Positions 38,901-53,293 of a stretch of DNA of 64,000 nucleotides are shown here, piece by piece. The notes under the pieces were generated by a model. It had not been told where the DNA came from, did not search any database, and saw only the letters and a list, made by a program, of their open reading frames with translations. Both the position numbers and the translations under genes were made by a program. The first letter of the stretch is position 1; each line of letters begins with the position of its first letter. The DNA comes from Haplodiscus bocki (taxonomy: Eukaryota), in assembly GCA_965655095.1 (NCBI GenBank), contig OZ296651.1:110732001-110796000 (forward strand), given 5' to 3'.

Positions 38901-40153
38901 CGGATTGAGGAAGCAACTGATCACTTTTAACATTGTAATTTCGCTGGTTAGTTACAATCAAGGTGCTGATTCCGTCGTACCCTCCTTTACTCGTTGCCAT
39001 AGAGTACGTGTGCGAGAAAGTTCCCATTTTGAAAGGTGTAGCATTTCGCACTTTTGTCGCCATTGGAGCAAAACGATCACTTTGCGGATGCAGCAGATTT
39101 CCGAGAGGAGAAGTAGGGAAGTCCACAATTTTTTTTGTGAGATTTTTGTGAGCTTGGCATGTTTTGAGAAAAAGCCCATGCTCGTTGACTTCTAAACAAG
39201 GCGAACAGACAAAGGTATCAAGGTGTTCGCAAGCTCGTAAAAAGTCTTTGCGCATTCCTCGTAAACAATGTGCGTCCGCTTTAAAGGATTTGAAAGAGTG
39301 AAAAAAGTAGTTCAACAAATGGACGAAGGAAATGTTATCGCAGGCAAAAAGTGGAACAGAGCACCCAGCAGGACACTTGACGAAAGAAAAACAGTGTTTA
39401 TTGAACTCCTGTTTCAAATTAGCAGCTTTGAACTGCTTCTTGTTTTCTAAAAACTTTCGCTGCTTGACTGAATAGTCCTGAAAAAGACTGTTGCTGTTAT
39501 CTTCCTCTAGTTGATTGTTTGCTTCGCTCCAGCATTTGTACCAGGACTGTCTCATTTCAACGGGAAGTAACTTATAGAAATAGTTTACCATTGCAACTAT
39601 ATTTAGAATTTAAAATCAAAGTGCAGAAAACCGCGGGCCACGCAAATTTCCATTCGAAGCTATCACAAAACTTCTCACAAAGTTGACAAATGCAAATGAG
39701 ACTTCCCAATGGCAAATTCACTTTCGCCCCAAATTTCTTCTTCCTGTGTTTATTAGAGCAAGAAATCGTTTCAAAATGTAGGTTATAAAACGATGTACTT
39801 TCTCGCAAACAAATTGCGCATGCCGTAGGACTAAGAGATGGGGCAACACTGCAGGTTGTTGAAGCAAGAAGTTCCCGGAAATCCACTTCACAAATTACTT
39901 TAAAAGTAGCTGTGCTGGTCTTTGTAACCAGTGAGGTAAATGTATTACTCCCGAATGAGCTTTGCAAATCACTTGACCCCCGTGCGCTTGAAGAAGCCTC
40001 TAAAGTGCCAACGTCTAGTTCTTCCGAATCAGTACTTTCAAAAAACGAAACAGCTTCAGTTCCACCATTGGCAACTACAAATACAGTTTGCTCTGCTTCA
40101 TCGACAGCACTCGCAAAGCGGCCAGTTTGTGGGTCTCTTTTCCTACCAGACAT
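32958..40153 (-). pseudogene. Rep-Pif1-GIY-YIG transposase, copy 2 (disrupted); intron 33466-33590
   Basis: Same motifs, including SKYLNKYAAGKEE. Lesions near 39580, 37555, 36500, 35960, 34894 and 33918. Confidence 0.9.
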
Positions 40154-40967
40154 GGCAGACAAGTATTTTAATGAAATGGCCACAAAACTAGAAACACCTA
40201 AGCTGTGCTATATTGAGTTGATTCTTCGAAAAAGACATATGCTGACAATCAAATCGATTAACGAAATATAATTCAGACACGAAGAAGAAAAATCACCTAA
40301 GCGTAGCTATGATGGGTTGATTCTCTCTTCAGCAGTAACAATATCAAATACTGTAACCGATATAATGGGTTTTCAGTTGACCACCAACTTCACAGGGCTG
40401 TCAAAAATCCATTTATTCAACAACAGGATACTAGGAAAATTGCCACTTGAGACGCTGAAGCAACCACTAATGAATCCTCCTTGCGTCAATAATATCAGCA
40501 ACCCATAAATAAGCTGAAAACATCATATTCGTGCAAGCGAAACCACAGTTTTCCGTTTTATACGTACGAGAAAAAGGAAAAACTCACAGAAAGCATGATC
40601 AAGTACGGAACTTTAAAAACGCCTGATATAGGAAATTCTTGAGTAAAGAGTTTATGCAAAACCTATAAAATCAAAAACTTCAAATTAAGAAAGGCAAGTT
40701 CAATCAACACTTTTGAAATTCAATAAATTCGAAGTACACTTTCAAAATCATTAAAACATTCAAGAAAGCTATACTGATCATTCAAAATAAATCAATGTTC
40801 TGTAAAAATCAATACTGCAACACTTAGGTTCCATACGGAGATTAAAGAAAAACAGAAAAGTATTGGCAGCTGAAAACAACGAGAGATTGTAACAGCAAAT
40901 TCAATGAAACAAAAATCAAGTGAAAAACTTAATTGCACAGAGGAAATGAATTCCTAAATTGAGAACA

Positions 40968-41683
40968 CTAAAAGCGGTTGATAATTTTTCGTCTGATCAA
41001 ACTTTGTAAATTGAAATTTCCACGTGTGTCTAGATGCACTTTATCAAATTTGAAGATGTTCTTATGCGCCATTTTTGACGAAACTCCATGGTATATGTAT
41101 CCACAATTGGCAGCTCCTTGTTGGGAGAAGAGATTGAGTTCTTTTATCAAGTTTGACACCTCATTGTCCAGCCTCAAACATACAGCCAGAACGTGAATCC
41201 TGATAACTTTTGACTGCAGCATTACGACAAGTTCCATAATTTGTTGATGAACCTGAACAATCAAACGAGAAAACGTTGGATCTTTTCTGGATTTATCTTG
41301 CCAAAACTCATTTACTATATCTCTTCTGATACTACTGAAAACAAACCGTGCCTATCATGGGTTGAGACACGAGGTCCCACCTAAGGCGGCATTAAAAAAT
41401 CCACGTTTTGACGAATTTTTGATTGAAGTCAAGATTACACAATTTGAATATTTATATTAACCAAAGCTGGGGGAACAACTGGAGCTCCATTCCATTGTTT
41501 CAAACTGTTGCCGCCCAAGAACAGAAAAACTTGCCCATAATCACCATACCTCATACTATTAATGCATTCAATAACTCGCCGATCATTCTGCCTGGCTCCG
41601 CAATACGCAAAGACTTGTATATTAGGTAGAGTTAACTTCGAACCCATGGAATCGCTTACCAAGGCAAACTTCGATATAGACAT
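40968..41683 (-). CDS. SGNH hydrolase copy 2, exons 41683-41462 and 41252-40968
   Basis: VSDSMG / CGA / GGN / DKVH motifs; exon sizes of 222 and 285 nt match copy 1. Confidence 0.75.
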
Positions 41684-43926
41684 TTTCACATTTTTGGACT
41701 CTGGAAAAAGATTCGATGACCATTCTGTGAAATGCAGTAAACGGAATTGTTCGGTTAACAGTTCAAAATTTTTATTCGGCAATAATGGATACTGTGAACC
41801 CTAAAACTTCAACAACGAAATGTGTGTAAAGTACAACTAAAATACTGAAAGACAAAATTACTTGAACATCACCTTTGAAAGTTCCGTTTTAGATACTTTT
41901 ACTCTTTGGAATTGCACGGAACCCAGAAGCAGATCACCAGTTCATACGAAAAGCGTGAATGTTGTTCTCCAAAAGAAACGAATAAACGAAAAAATATTTG
42001 ACATGGGCCATTGATTTGAGCCAATAAACTTTTCTGAAAATTCCATGGCATAAAAGCAAAAAGTGGTCAGTGGGGCATTGAAGCAGTTGGATTGCGAATG
42101 CGTAAATTAGAAGTATGTTAGTTGATTTAACCAAAAAAATAAATTTCAAAAATGTTTCTCCACAAAAAACATCACGTTTGAAATTTTCGGCATTGTGAGA
42201 CACATAGATTTAGTGGGGCCAGGAAAACGTCGGAAGTTTTAATTTTCATCAAAATTTTTGAAAACTTCAACCATTCAGGTAACATTTCGAAACAAAAAAA
42301 TAAATGGATGAAATTGGCCATTTTCGGCACTGTGAGACTACTCCGGGGGCAACACATGGGGTAATAGGCGGTGTTTTTGGAGTCATCTGGAACTACTGGA
42401 TAAAATTGTATTGCTGGTCTAAATCCCTAGGAGCCTTCCTTCAGGCTGAAAATGGCCGATTTGTAACGGTGATGCGTATCACCAACACAAAATATCACTT
42501 TCGGCACTGTGAGACTTCCCCGGGGGGTGCCAAACCAGCATCACCGAACTTCATTCAGTGAGTACTTACTAGAAGTATATAGGGTCGGAAGCCGTAATTC
42601 CAATCCCTGACGAGATATTACAGACTTTGTTCCAAGTGACTAAGTCAGTGACTAAGTCGAAAATATTGAGTCTCACAGTGCCGAAAATCTCTACACAGAT
42701 GTTCGATAGAAAAAATATTTAGCAGAATAAAGTTCCTAACTTCCGAAAATATGGCCGCATGCAAAAAACGGGGCAAATCGTATGGTTCAGTTTCGAGATC
42801 GTGATTGGGAGCATAAAAACTTATAACATGCCCAGAAAGCTATACTGATGGACGCGGGAATGGGAACCCTACCCTTCCCGCCGAAAAGGACGGGCCACCA
42901 ACGCCCCGCGCACCTAGCGGTGGAAGCTATTTCAAATGACAAGGTCTGCAAATTTTCTAACTTTTAGTGTCTGTCTGTTGTTCCTTGCTTCACTCTATTT
43001 CCCTACTGATATTTTCTTTCACGACTATCATCAAAAACGCTCAACTCTTGTCTCCTATAAATGTAGGTTTGCTCCTTGAGACCTAATTCAAAATACAGGA
43101 GCCTCCGAGTACAACTTTGTCAACTTATGGTTTTTCGAATGCTTAAAAATTTTTCGAAGAAAAGCCTTTTCATGAATCACTTTCTTTTTTTTGTAGTTCC
43201 ATACACGATTCATTTAAAATGAAGAGCGCTTAAAATAGCTTGGGTTTAAGTGCACTATATCAAACATTGATCTAGTTGCCTATTATGAATTTTGCAATAA
43301 CTTTCGCTAAATGTATGGTAAACAACTTTCAGCTTTCTTGGTATTTCAATAAGTGAAACTTACCTTCAGGTTCAAAGTTTTGGTTGTATATAGAATAAAG
43401 TGTTGGAGCTCAAAGAATTTAATTTACTTCAGACAGCTCATGAAAAAACGGCAATCAAAACACAGCATTAATTCATGACCAACAAGACAACAACAACACA
43501 GTTAGCTCTACTTAGCTCACAGAAGTTTTTAATACAAACATGGTTGTAAAACAAAAAGAACACTGTTGCAAGTAAGTAAAACTGATTTCAAATGTGTATA
43601 AGAAGCAAAAACTTTGTGGCTAATGTTTTTTTTGCATCTTTCAACTAAACATTTTTCTGAAATTTTTTGGAATGAAACTTTTCATTAGCGTACGTTTTTG
43701 TAATTCTGAATAACATTCCAGGGATATCAGTACATCTCTTCTAATAATACTAAAAATAGGGAGGATGACTAAGATACAAAAATTTGTCTTCCTGGGTCGA
43801 GCACGATGCACTCACCTCAGACATTTCATAAGACTAAACATGATAAACTAATAGGTTTCATTTATTCGATGCTCTATCTTTCTTGCCGTGGCTCGTCTTC
43901 GTTTATTCCCAACTTCCCAACCTGCT

Positions 43927-44913
43927 TCAAACATTGCCATCATGGCCATACATTAAAGCGTTTTGAGCAGCAGAAAACGGTGTGACGGGCTCTATCGAGG
44001 AAATGTGGTATGCAAAAGTCCCACTCGCTACGCCTTCCTCAACCATTGCCGGTTTGAACCAGCCCGTTATACGAAACCCCTGATTAGCCGCAACATTATT
44101 GGCCAGTTCTATCACTTCATCCTCCATATCGAATGTATCCAAATTATCCGAAGACAACTGTTCGGTTCTTTTTTTGGCATGAACCAAATTCTTTGTGAGG
44201 GCCATGGATGTAAACTCCACCGCCTTTTCACCAGTTACGCGCTCACCCAATTCGTTGCAAACAATCTTGAATGTCAGTGCCCAATGCTTTTTACTCTCCG
44301 CTACAATGCAAGGACACGGGTTACTTCCCTGGGCGTCGCATAATTTTCCACTACACACATTGTCTTTAGGCATGGCTTGAAGTATGCGGAAATTTGATGG
44401 AATGAAATCAAAGAACACGTAATTAGGTATATTGATATCAGTGGGAGGAGGTTTGTGTACATTTCCCCTTCCAGTAGGAACAACAGGGTCACCAAACTGA
44501 ATCAGAGGATTTTGTGTTGTTTTCAGATACCCAATTACTTTAGGACTTAGTACCCAATTGGGGCAACCTGGCGCAAGATGCTGACTATAGCACAGTATTC
44601 TTCTTGACTCCATTGATGTTTGCGTGAAAGTTAGCAGGACATGATTTGTCCCTTCCACACCTAGTACGATAAACCTATCATAGTTGTTAACTTCCTGGTA
44701 TCTCGATTTGAAAGTGTTTTTTGCAGGTTTATAGTAATTGATTTTTTTCAAACCTGGTGTTGCATAAAGGAAAACACACTTCAGCTTATAACGTGAAGGT
44801 AATTCATATTCATCACTTATGATTTGATTATACTGTTTTGTTTCGAATTTTTCATTGACACTCATTTGGACCTCATTCAGGGGCTTTTCGAGCTTGATGT
44901 AACCTGCAGGCAT
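43927..44913 (-). CDS. 328-aa orphan protein, copy 3
   Basis: Intact. The ATG at 44913 matches the other copies; the upstream ATG at 44982 is in frame only in this copy. Confidence 0.85.
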   Translation of the reverse strand: MPAGYIKLEKPLNEVQMSVNEKFETKQYNQIISDEYELPSRYKLKCVFLYATPGLKKINYYKPAKNTFKSRYQEVNNYDRFIVLGVEGTNHVLLTFTQTSMESRRILCYSQHLAPGCPNWVLSPKVIGYLKTTQNPLIQFGDPVVPTGRGNVHKPPPTDINIPNYVFFDFIPSNFRILQAMPKDNVCSGKLCDAQGSNPCPCIVAESKKHWALTFKIVCNELGERVTGEKAVEFTSMALTKNLVHAKKRTEQLSSDNLDTFDMEDEVIELANNVAANQGFRITGWFKPAMVEEGVASGTFAYHISSIEPVTPFSAAQNALMYGHDGNV

Positions 44914-45292
44914 TTTGCACTGAAAAAAAAGGAGTTTTTGTTTAAAACTGGTAATGCTACCAAAATTGATAGCTGGATGCATTTTTAAAAGGCATAGCCA
45001 AAAAAATTCTCATCAATACTTAATACGATTTTGAAATTGCAGCTGCGAAAAAAAAACACTAGACCATGTCCAAAAATACTTGACCCGTTCGAAAATACTA
45101 AGATCTATTACGCAAATTGGTTACTTTTCAGGTGTAAACAGAACTTTTGAACAAAATACGAAAAATGACGTATCCATTATAAGATAAATGCAGATAAGGT
45201 AAAAATGCAGAACGCTCGCATCGGGCACGTAAAACGTCCCCGCTGGCTCGCTAGAAAAAATAACAAAGTAAAATTTAATTGTAAAGCAATGA

Positions 45293-48200
45293 TCAAGAAA
45301 TAACAGTTCCGCAACAACAAAAGACTAAATTACCAAATTGATTGGAATTGCATAATATTCGAAATTCATCAACAACTGCATCTATTCTTAAATCAAACAA
45401 CAACAGCTGGTGCAAAGAGGTCTCCATAAGCAACTTGTCACTGTCATTTTGGAAATTATAACAGAATGCAGCCATTGACCATGTTCTGCGATGAAGGGTT
45501 AGAGTAAAATTTCCTCCGTAACCACTGTTATGTTCATGGAGACGTGTGAGAACACTTCTTTTCGTTTGACCAACATAGGTAGTTTTCAAGGTATTGTCTT
45601 TCAAGCTCACAAGAACATATACGAAACCGAGAATTACTTCTGGAATTTCAATACGGATTGGGAGGAAATATAATTCTGGTAAATTCACAGCTGTAGGAGC
45701 TCTGCTCATCGTTTGAAGATTCATCAATCTTTTAGTTACTTCAATTTCATGAGGGGTTGTTTTGGACAAAATAGCTCTGGTCGCTCGACAAGTGTCATCA
45801 CTGCAATTAGAAAAAGGCTTTTCCTTAGTTCTTCCATTGCTGCAAAAATTAAAGTCTGGATGAACAAATGAATTTGACCTATTTATATCTCATCTACACT
45901 TGGAGCCCCTAAAGAAAAACCTTACATTTCGCCAACAAAGATTATGTTTTTCAATTCTCTGACACGACTGACAATAACATAAAGCTGGGAAGCCATCCAA
46001 AGTGCATACTTCCGTTCCTGAATGGAAACTTGAGTAGCTAACTTTGGAAAGTATCTCCCATTAATTTATGGCATGTGAGAGCTACGTAATTTGTTAGAGG
46101 AAATTGGATTCTCCGAACTGATGATGCTTTCATTTTATAAATAAAACAATTACTTTTGTATACTCTTGTTGCCGGCCAATTCAAAAACAACTGTTGGCTA
46201 AACAAATTTGGGGTAGCAACGGAATCAATTTCAGGTGACACGTAAACCAGTATAGATGTGTCACTGGGCGACGGTAATTCTGCCACAATACATATTTGTC
46301 CCTGTGTCAGAGGTCCAGTGTTTATTGTCAACCTGACAACAGAATGTTTTTTCAAAACTAATTTCGCAGGTTCCCTACATTCACGGTCTAAATAATTGAC
46401 TGCTTGATGCGTTGCCGGAACCCAGTAGTTGCTTGTATTTGTGCACATTTCATCTTGAGATAAAAACTCAACAAAAGGTTCGTTGGAGGCTGTCACCGAA
46501 TTTTGATAGGCTGCGATGGCTTCTCTTTCTGCTTCTTTTTTACCGAAAACTTTCATCACTGATGTATCGGACAATGAATCCCATGATGGGATGAAGGAAC
46601 AGTTCGTACGTATTATTTCGCTGATGGTATCTATATCCCGCGAGGGTATTGGCTTTTGCGACATAAATCCAGAAGCTGCTGCCCCACTGGGTCTAACATT
46701 CTAACTAAACTGGTCAAAAAATGAGTTTGGAAGCAAAATAAAATCATGGGTGACAGAAAAACATCTGAACCGTCAATAGCTGGTAGTTGATTGGTGTCTC
46801 CGTTACCTACGACCAATACACCGCCGAACATGCATGTATTTTCCCGAACATTCTGCAAAATGAGGTTAATTGTGGATAACAGTTCACCATTGAGAAGTCC
46901 AATTTCTTCAATTACCAGAATGTCCAAAGATAGGAGTAAAGCTTTCTGCTCCGGATGGTTATGTAACTTCGTCATTGCTCTTTCCATGGCTGTGTTGGGA
47001 TCTAACTTTTTGTTGACCCCAATGCAGAACAGGCGGTGTATATGTAAACAATTGAAATGAGACGCTCGACGAGCAGCTAAACTGGTAACATAACATTGAA
47101 GTCCATTCATCATGGCATAGAGCAAACAGATGCTTGTTAGGTGACTTTTTCCAGATCCTGGTCTACCAAGGACAAGTTGGTTTCTAATTGACTCATGTGA
47201 TTGCAGAACTTGATCAACAGCTGCAAAAAGTCTTGTTAGAACAACCTGCTGTTGACGGTGTGATGCTAGTGATTGATGACTTGGTTTAATAACTGCTGGG
47301 ACCCAATGTGCTGTTGGGTTTTGACTTATTGTATTCGGAAGGTTGGTGACATTTTGTGGTCGTAAACGTTGAAAAAGACGTTCTTGAGTTTCCCGCAGAA
47401 AAGCCATTAAAGTTCTTTCTGTCTGCTCTGTCAAGTGGCTCATAAGAACTGGCGGAAAGCAGTTGCTAGCAATGCTGTCGTTCAAAACTAGATCTTGAAT
47501 TGCTTCGGCTGCAAAAACCAAACGCGAAGAGAAGAAAACGTTGCCTCCTGGAATGTAAATTAACTGTTCTAAAATGTAACGTTTAAGAAGATGATGGCTA
47601 TCAGTTATATCATATTGTGCTTTTCGTGGAATAATTCCAGCAGTCACGAAAGAATTCCTCAGGCTACTAGAAGAAAACAAATCGAGTTCCGTCTCGAAAG
47701 AACCCATTGTGTATAGCAGATGAAGTAAGAACTTGAAATGGTTTTTCGGATAAACTTTAGAAAAGACGATTTCTGCTGGACCCGCTGACAGCATCGTACT
47801 CTCTGCCACGTATATTTCTCGGAAATTTGTTCTGTTCAAATTTCTCAACACGTTTTCAAACTCAGCGACACGTGGGTCATTAAAACGTGTAAACTGCGTG
47901 AACCATATTTGTAATTCACGCAAGGCTGAAGATCTCACTTTAATTTCCGAATTAGTTCCATCTAACCATGGTCTTGGAACGAGTGATAAAGTTGGAATGA
48001 CTTTGTTGGGGTGAATACGTGTCTTGTCTCTCACGAAAAAAGCGAAGTAATCTTTCAACTTACGAACAAATAGTAATTCGGGTGGACGGATTGAGAAAAG
48101 AGTGACTTTATCGGTTGAAAAATTGGAGTGGGAAGCGTCTTCTATCTGGGTTTTTTGACGGTTTGTGAAACAATTATGCTGCGGTAACAACAAAAATTCA

Positions 48201-51200
48201 CGTTCACTCAGGGAATTACCGTCACTGCCACTGGGCAGAACATACGAGCGTGGTTTCCTGTAGAATTTTCCTCCACGGTTTTCCAAAGATATCGAAGGAA
48301 CATGAATGAATTCAATGTTTGTAATACCCACTGGTAGCTTCAGTAACCACCAAAGGTATTCAGTTTGAGAAACATTTAAAGCTGAGATTGCTGACGTCTG
48401 TCTTTCACGTTGTAGAGACGTATTGTTGTGGATTTGAGCTCCCGTGACTTTCAAGTTTTGCAGCTCCGTTTGCTGTATCCGAAAAGAATTGTCTGCTGTT
48501 CCTGCTTTCATTTGAACACTACCGTGTTCTTCTTTTCCGGCGGCATACTTGTTTAAATACTTGGAAGCAAAATTTCTGGTGATAATTTGAACATTGCTGC
48601 TGGATTTGGTCAGAGCAAATAACTTGGGAGAAGTAGGCATAATTTGAAAATCTTTGTCAGCAGCGTATGAGACTTTTTCACACTTCAATTGTTCTCCTAC
48701 TTCGTAATTCCAGTCGTCAATGAAACGACTTAGGTCCAGTTGTGCCAAAATTTGGGCAGCCTCAGCTGAATAGGTTTGGGGTATTTCTTTCAGCCACAAA
48801 GAATTGGAAGGGGCATATGGTTGAAAGCGACAAATTTTTTTTCCAGTTGAATCTGTTTTCTTGAGACAGCGGCCCGACGTGTTTTCGCAATTGTGACTTT
48901 GAATTTTAAAGCAAAGGTCGATGACGTCATGCAACTCTTCAACGGTGTCGATCAGATGCATCTGGGAATGGAAAAGTTTTTCAAACGCGTCAATGAAATG
49001 TTTTCGTGTAGATTCCATCAGTGATTCAATTTCTTGTCTTTCATTTTTCAACCATAGTAAGAAATGGTAATGGCGAAATTAGCCGCCAACGACTGAAACT
49101 CGGCGCGTCCCCAAAGTTTTATGACATTGCCCAGAAGTTTCTCGTCTGAATTAAGCAGATAATCAACCAGCTCATTAACTGTATTGTTCCACATTTGCAA
49201 CAAGATTGGCATGTACAACTGGAACGCAGCTTTGTAAAGTTCGGAGCTTTTGTCTGGGAACATTTCCTCGATGGCGTTGAACATCGGTGCAATTCCAAAA
49301 TGTTTCTTTTGGTTGACCGTAATTGTGAGAAAAATCGAAGGTGTTTCGGTTTTGATTGCTTCAGCAAGTTCGGCGACGTTTCTCTCAGAATCCAGCAAGG
49401 AGAAACTGACTGACTGAGGAAGAGAGGGCAATTGTTTGCCTTTAATTTCAATGTTATGCACACCTCGCTTGAAAAAATCTGAAGTGAAACTACTTTGTAA
49501 ACTAACATTGAGCAGCACGTCAGTGAGATAAAACAAATACTTGCTGTTGCAAGAAACCGGTAGCTCAATATTATTCACACGGGCGAGAACGTGTTGGTGG
49601 AAGCTGGCGAATCCGTAATGATTTTTACTTTGCTCGTCGTCGTACAAAAAGTACGGCAAAGCTCCAGTAAAAGAGCCGTCCGATTCCTGATTGAAAAACA
49701 CACTGGGACAAAATAGCGATTCAGTTTGAATTGAAGAAAGAACGTCACCCGGATTGGCGGCCGCAAAATTCTGAAAAAACCGTAAGTACTTATTTGACAT
49801 GACTATAGGGCTTTCGAATCACCTACACACATTGAGAGCTCCATTAAGGAGCAAGTGAAAAGGGGCCATATTGTTCTCAGTTTCGAGCTCCGGCAAAATG
49901 TTTGTGGCTTCCATTTCCCCGCACTGAGTATTCACGGCACCTGTCTCTTCGATGCCGACAAAATTGACGAGAGACAGAGAATCATTCGAACCGCTTAAAA
50001 TTGAAGGCGAGAAAGCATTGTCTATTGATGAGGTCGCTAAATTATTTGATTCCATTTCTGAGTCAACCGAAATATTTGAAGGTGAGGGCGAACTGGCTGC
50101 GACAACAAAACAATCGAACCGTTCAGAATACTCTCGGAAATGATTAGAGCAAATTGATACTCCACAAAATTCAACTGGACAACGCCATGCAGATGTCCGT
50201 GAACAGTCAGCAACTGAACACCTGAAAACTGACAATTTTATGTCGACAGACAAATACATTTTGTGTGTGGAACAAGTGCAAACATCTTGACCTCCAAAAA
50301 AAACCAAACTTCCGGTACGAGTAACAGAACTATAATTGTTTGACACATATAACAGAATGTTCCATGATCTGTAAAGACCTTCAAGCATTGTTGCTGAGTT
50401 ACATTTGGTAGAAGTAAAATCAGGCAAAGAAACTGACCACCAATCTGGTAAGTGAATACCGTAACGAAAAAAGAAGAAATTTTCTCCCTCACCAAAAAGT
50501 GAAACTAAATGAAATGTGGTTGAATGTACTGTAAGTGTAAAGGGAGGAGGATTCAACCTCGACGGGAGTTGGCTGCAAACGATTACAAAACATTGAAAGT
50601 CAAAATCTTCCGCTATATCAAACAAATCAATCATTTGGTGTCGAATAACTAACTGCCGAAAAGGAACGTAGAAAGAAGCACAAAGAGGCATTGTCTCAAA
50701 AGCTTGATGAATCGCAGAAGTGCAGTTGACACGGAAAAATACAATTGGAGGTGTTGTTGCAACAAGGATATAGCTCTATTAATCGTTTCTCCTTTTCTCT
50801 TTTTGTTATTACCCAAGTGATGTAATTTAAAAATGTATTGAGACCATTTGCAAACATTTAGAAGGATGTGACCAAATAATTCCAGATTTTGGTGCCAAAA
50901 AACGAGCAGACTTGCACCTTGCGAAACAGTATACAGCAGTTTCGGACAGCGCTGGGGTTCAGCGCCATGTCTTCGGTCCTGGTGAACAATGAGGAGACAG
51001 GGTGGTACACAAACTTTGCCGCCGGTATGGCAATCCAAATAAAGCTTAACGCTACCCAACGAAAACATTGTCAGGTAAGTTCCTGAAGACAGATGCTGCT
51101 CAAAAGCAACTTCGTCAACGAACAGCGGGAAGTTTGCAATGAAAGATCGCATGTTCTCGTCAATTTCATTCTGATTCGTGAGACGAGTCAGGAAATATCT

Positions 51201-52486
51201 TAAGTCTCTGCGGTGGTCAAAAACCAGCGATTCGGATTGAGGAAGTAGCTGATCACTTTTGACATTATAATTTCGCTGGTTAGTTACAATCAAGGTGCTG
51301 ATTCCGTCATACCCTCCTTTACTCGTTGCCATAGAATACGTGTGCGAGAAACTTCCCATTTTGAAAGGTGTAGCATTTCGCACTTTTGTCGCCATTGGAG
51401 CAAAACGATCACTTTGCGGATGCAGTAGATTTCCGAGAGGAAAAGTAGGGACGTGAACAATTTTTTTTGTGAGATTTTGTGAGCTTGGCAAGGTTTAGGA
51501 AAAAGCCCATGGCCGTTGACTTCCAAACCAGGCGAACATACAAAAGGTATCAAGGTGTTGGCAAGCTCGTAAAAAGTCTTTGCGCATTCCTCGTAAACAA
51601 TGTGCGTCAGCTTGGAAGGATTTAAAAGAGGGAAAAAAGTAGTTTAACAAATGGCCGAAGGAAATGTTATCGCAGGCAAAAAGTGGAACAGAGCACCCTG
51701 CAGGACACTTGACGAAAGGAAAGCAGTGTTTATTGAAATCCTGTTTCAAATTAGCCGCTTTGAACTGCTTCTTGCTTTCCAAAAACTTTCGCTGCTTGAC
51801 TGTATAGTCCTGGAAAAGACTGCTGCTGGTATCTTCCTCTAGCTGATGGTATGCTTCGCTCCAGCATTTGTACCAGGACTGTCTCATTTCAAAGGGAAGT
51901 AACTTAAATAAATAATAACCATTGCAATTATATTTGGAACTTAATATTAACGTGCAGAAAACCGCGGGCCAGGCAAATTTCCTTTCCAAGCTATCACAAA
52001 ACTTCTCGCAAAGTTGACAAATGCAAATGAGACTTCCCAATGGTGACTTCACTTTTGCCCCAAATTTTTTTGTATCCTGTGTTTATTAGAGCATGAAATC
52101 GTTTCAAAATGGAGGTTATAAAACGATGTACTCTCTCGCAAACAAATTGCGCATGTCGTAGGACTAGGAGATAGGACAACACTGCAGGTTGTTGAAGCAA
52201 GAAGTTCCCGGAAATCCACTTCACAAACCACTTTAAAAGTAGCGGTGCTGGTCCTTGTAACCAGCGACGCAAATGTATTACTCTCGATTGAGCTTTGTAA
52301 ATCACTTGACTCCCGTGCGCTTGAAGAAGCGTCTAAAGTCCCAACGTCTAATTCTTCAGAATGAGTACTTTCCAAAAACGAAACTGCGTCAGTTTCAGCA
52401 TTATCAACAACAAACACAGTTTGCTCTGCTTCATCGACAGCACTCGCAAAGCGGCCAGTTTCCGGGTCTCTTTTTCTATCAGACAT
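45293..52486 (-). pseudogene. Rep-Pif1-GIY-YIG transposase, copy 3 (disrupted); intron 45801-45925
   Basis: The 806-aa fragment links Rep motif 3 (KYLNKY) to Walker A GRPGSGKS in one frame. Lesions near 52070, 51540, 51475, 50720, 49819, 49065, 46663 and 46050. Confidence 0.9.
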
Positions 52487-53293
52487 GCCGGACAAGTATG
52501 TTAATTACATGGCCACAAAACAAGAACCACCTAAGCTGTGCTATATTGGGTTGATTCTTCAAAACAGACATGCTGACATTCAAATCGATTAACGAAATAT
52601 AATTCAGACATCAAGAAAAATCACCTAAGCGTAGCTATGATGAGTTGATTCTCTCTTTAGCAGTAACAATTTCAAATACTGTAACCGATATAACGGGTTT
52701 TCAGTTGAGCACCAAATTCACAGGGCTGTCAAAATTCCATTTAATCAACAACAGGATACTAGGAAAACTGCCACTCGAGACGCTGAAGCAAGCATCCATG
52801 AATCTTCATTGCTTCAATAATATCAGCAACACATAATTCAGCTGGAAACATCAAAGTCGAGCAGGCGAAACCAAAGTTTCCGTTTTACACGTACCAGAAA
52901 AAGGAAAAACTCCCAGAAAGAATGATCAAGAAGGCGTCTTTAAAAAAACCGGCTGATAAGAGATTCTTGAGTATAAAGTTTATTCAAAACCTATCAAAAC
53001 AAAAAGTTCCAATTAAGAAAGGCAAGTTCATTCAACACCTATGAAGTTCAATAAATTCGAAGTACAATTTCAAAATGACTAAAACAATCAACAAACCTAT
53101 ACTGATCATTCAAAACAAATCAATGTTCTGCAAAAAAATACTGCATCACTTATGTTTCATTCGGAGAATAAAGAAAACCAGAAAAATATTGGCAGCTAAA
53201 AACAAAGAGAGATTGTAAAAGCAAATTCAATGAATCAAAAATCAAGTGAAAAGCTTCATTGCACAGAGGAAATGAACTCCTAAACTGAAAACA

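Larger units (their letters stand above)
30605..42938 (-). mobile_element. Type B unit 2, Helitron-like element, 12,334 bp
   Basis: Colinear with B1, same three genes. Confidence 0.9.
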
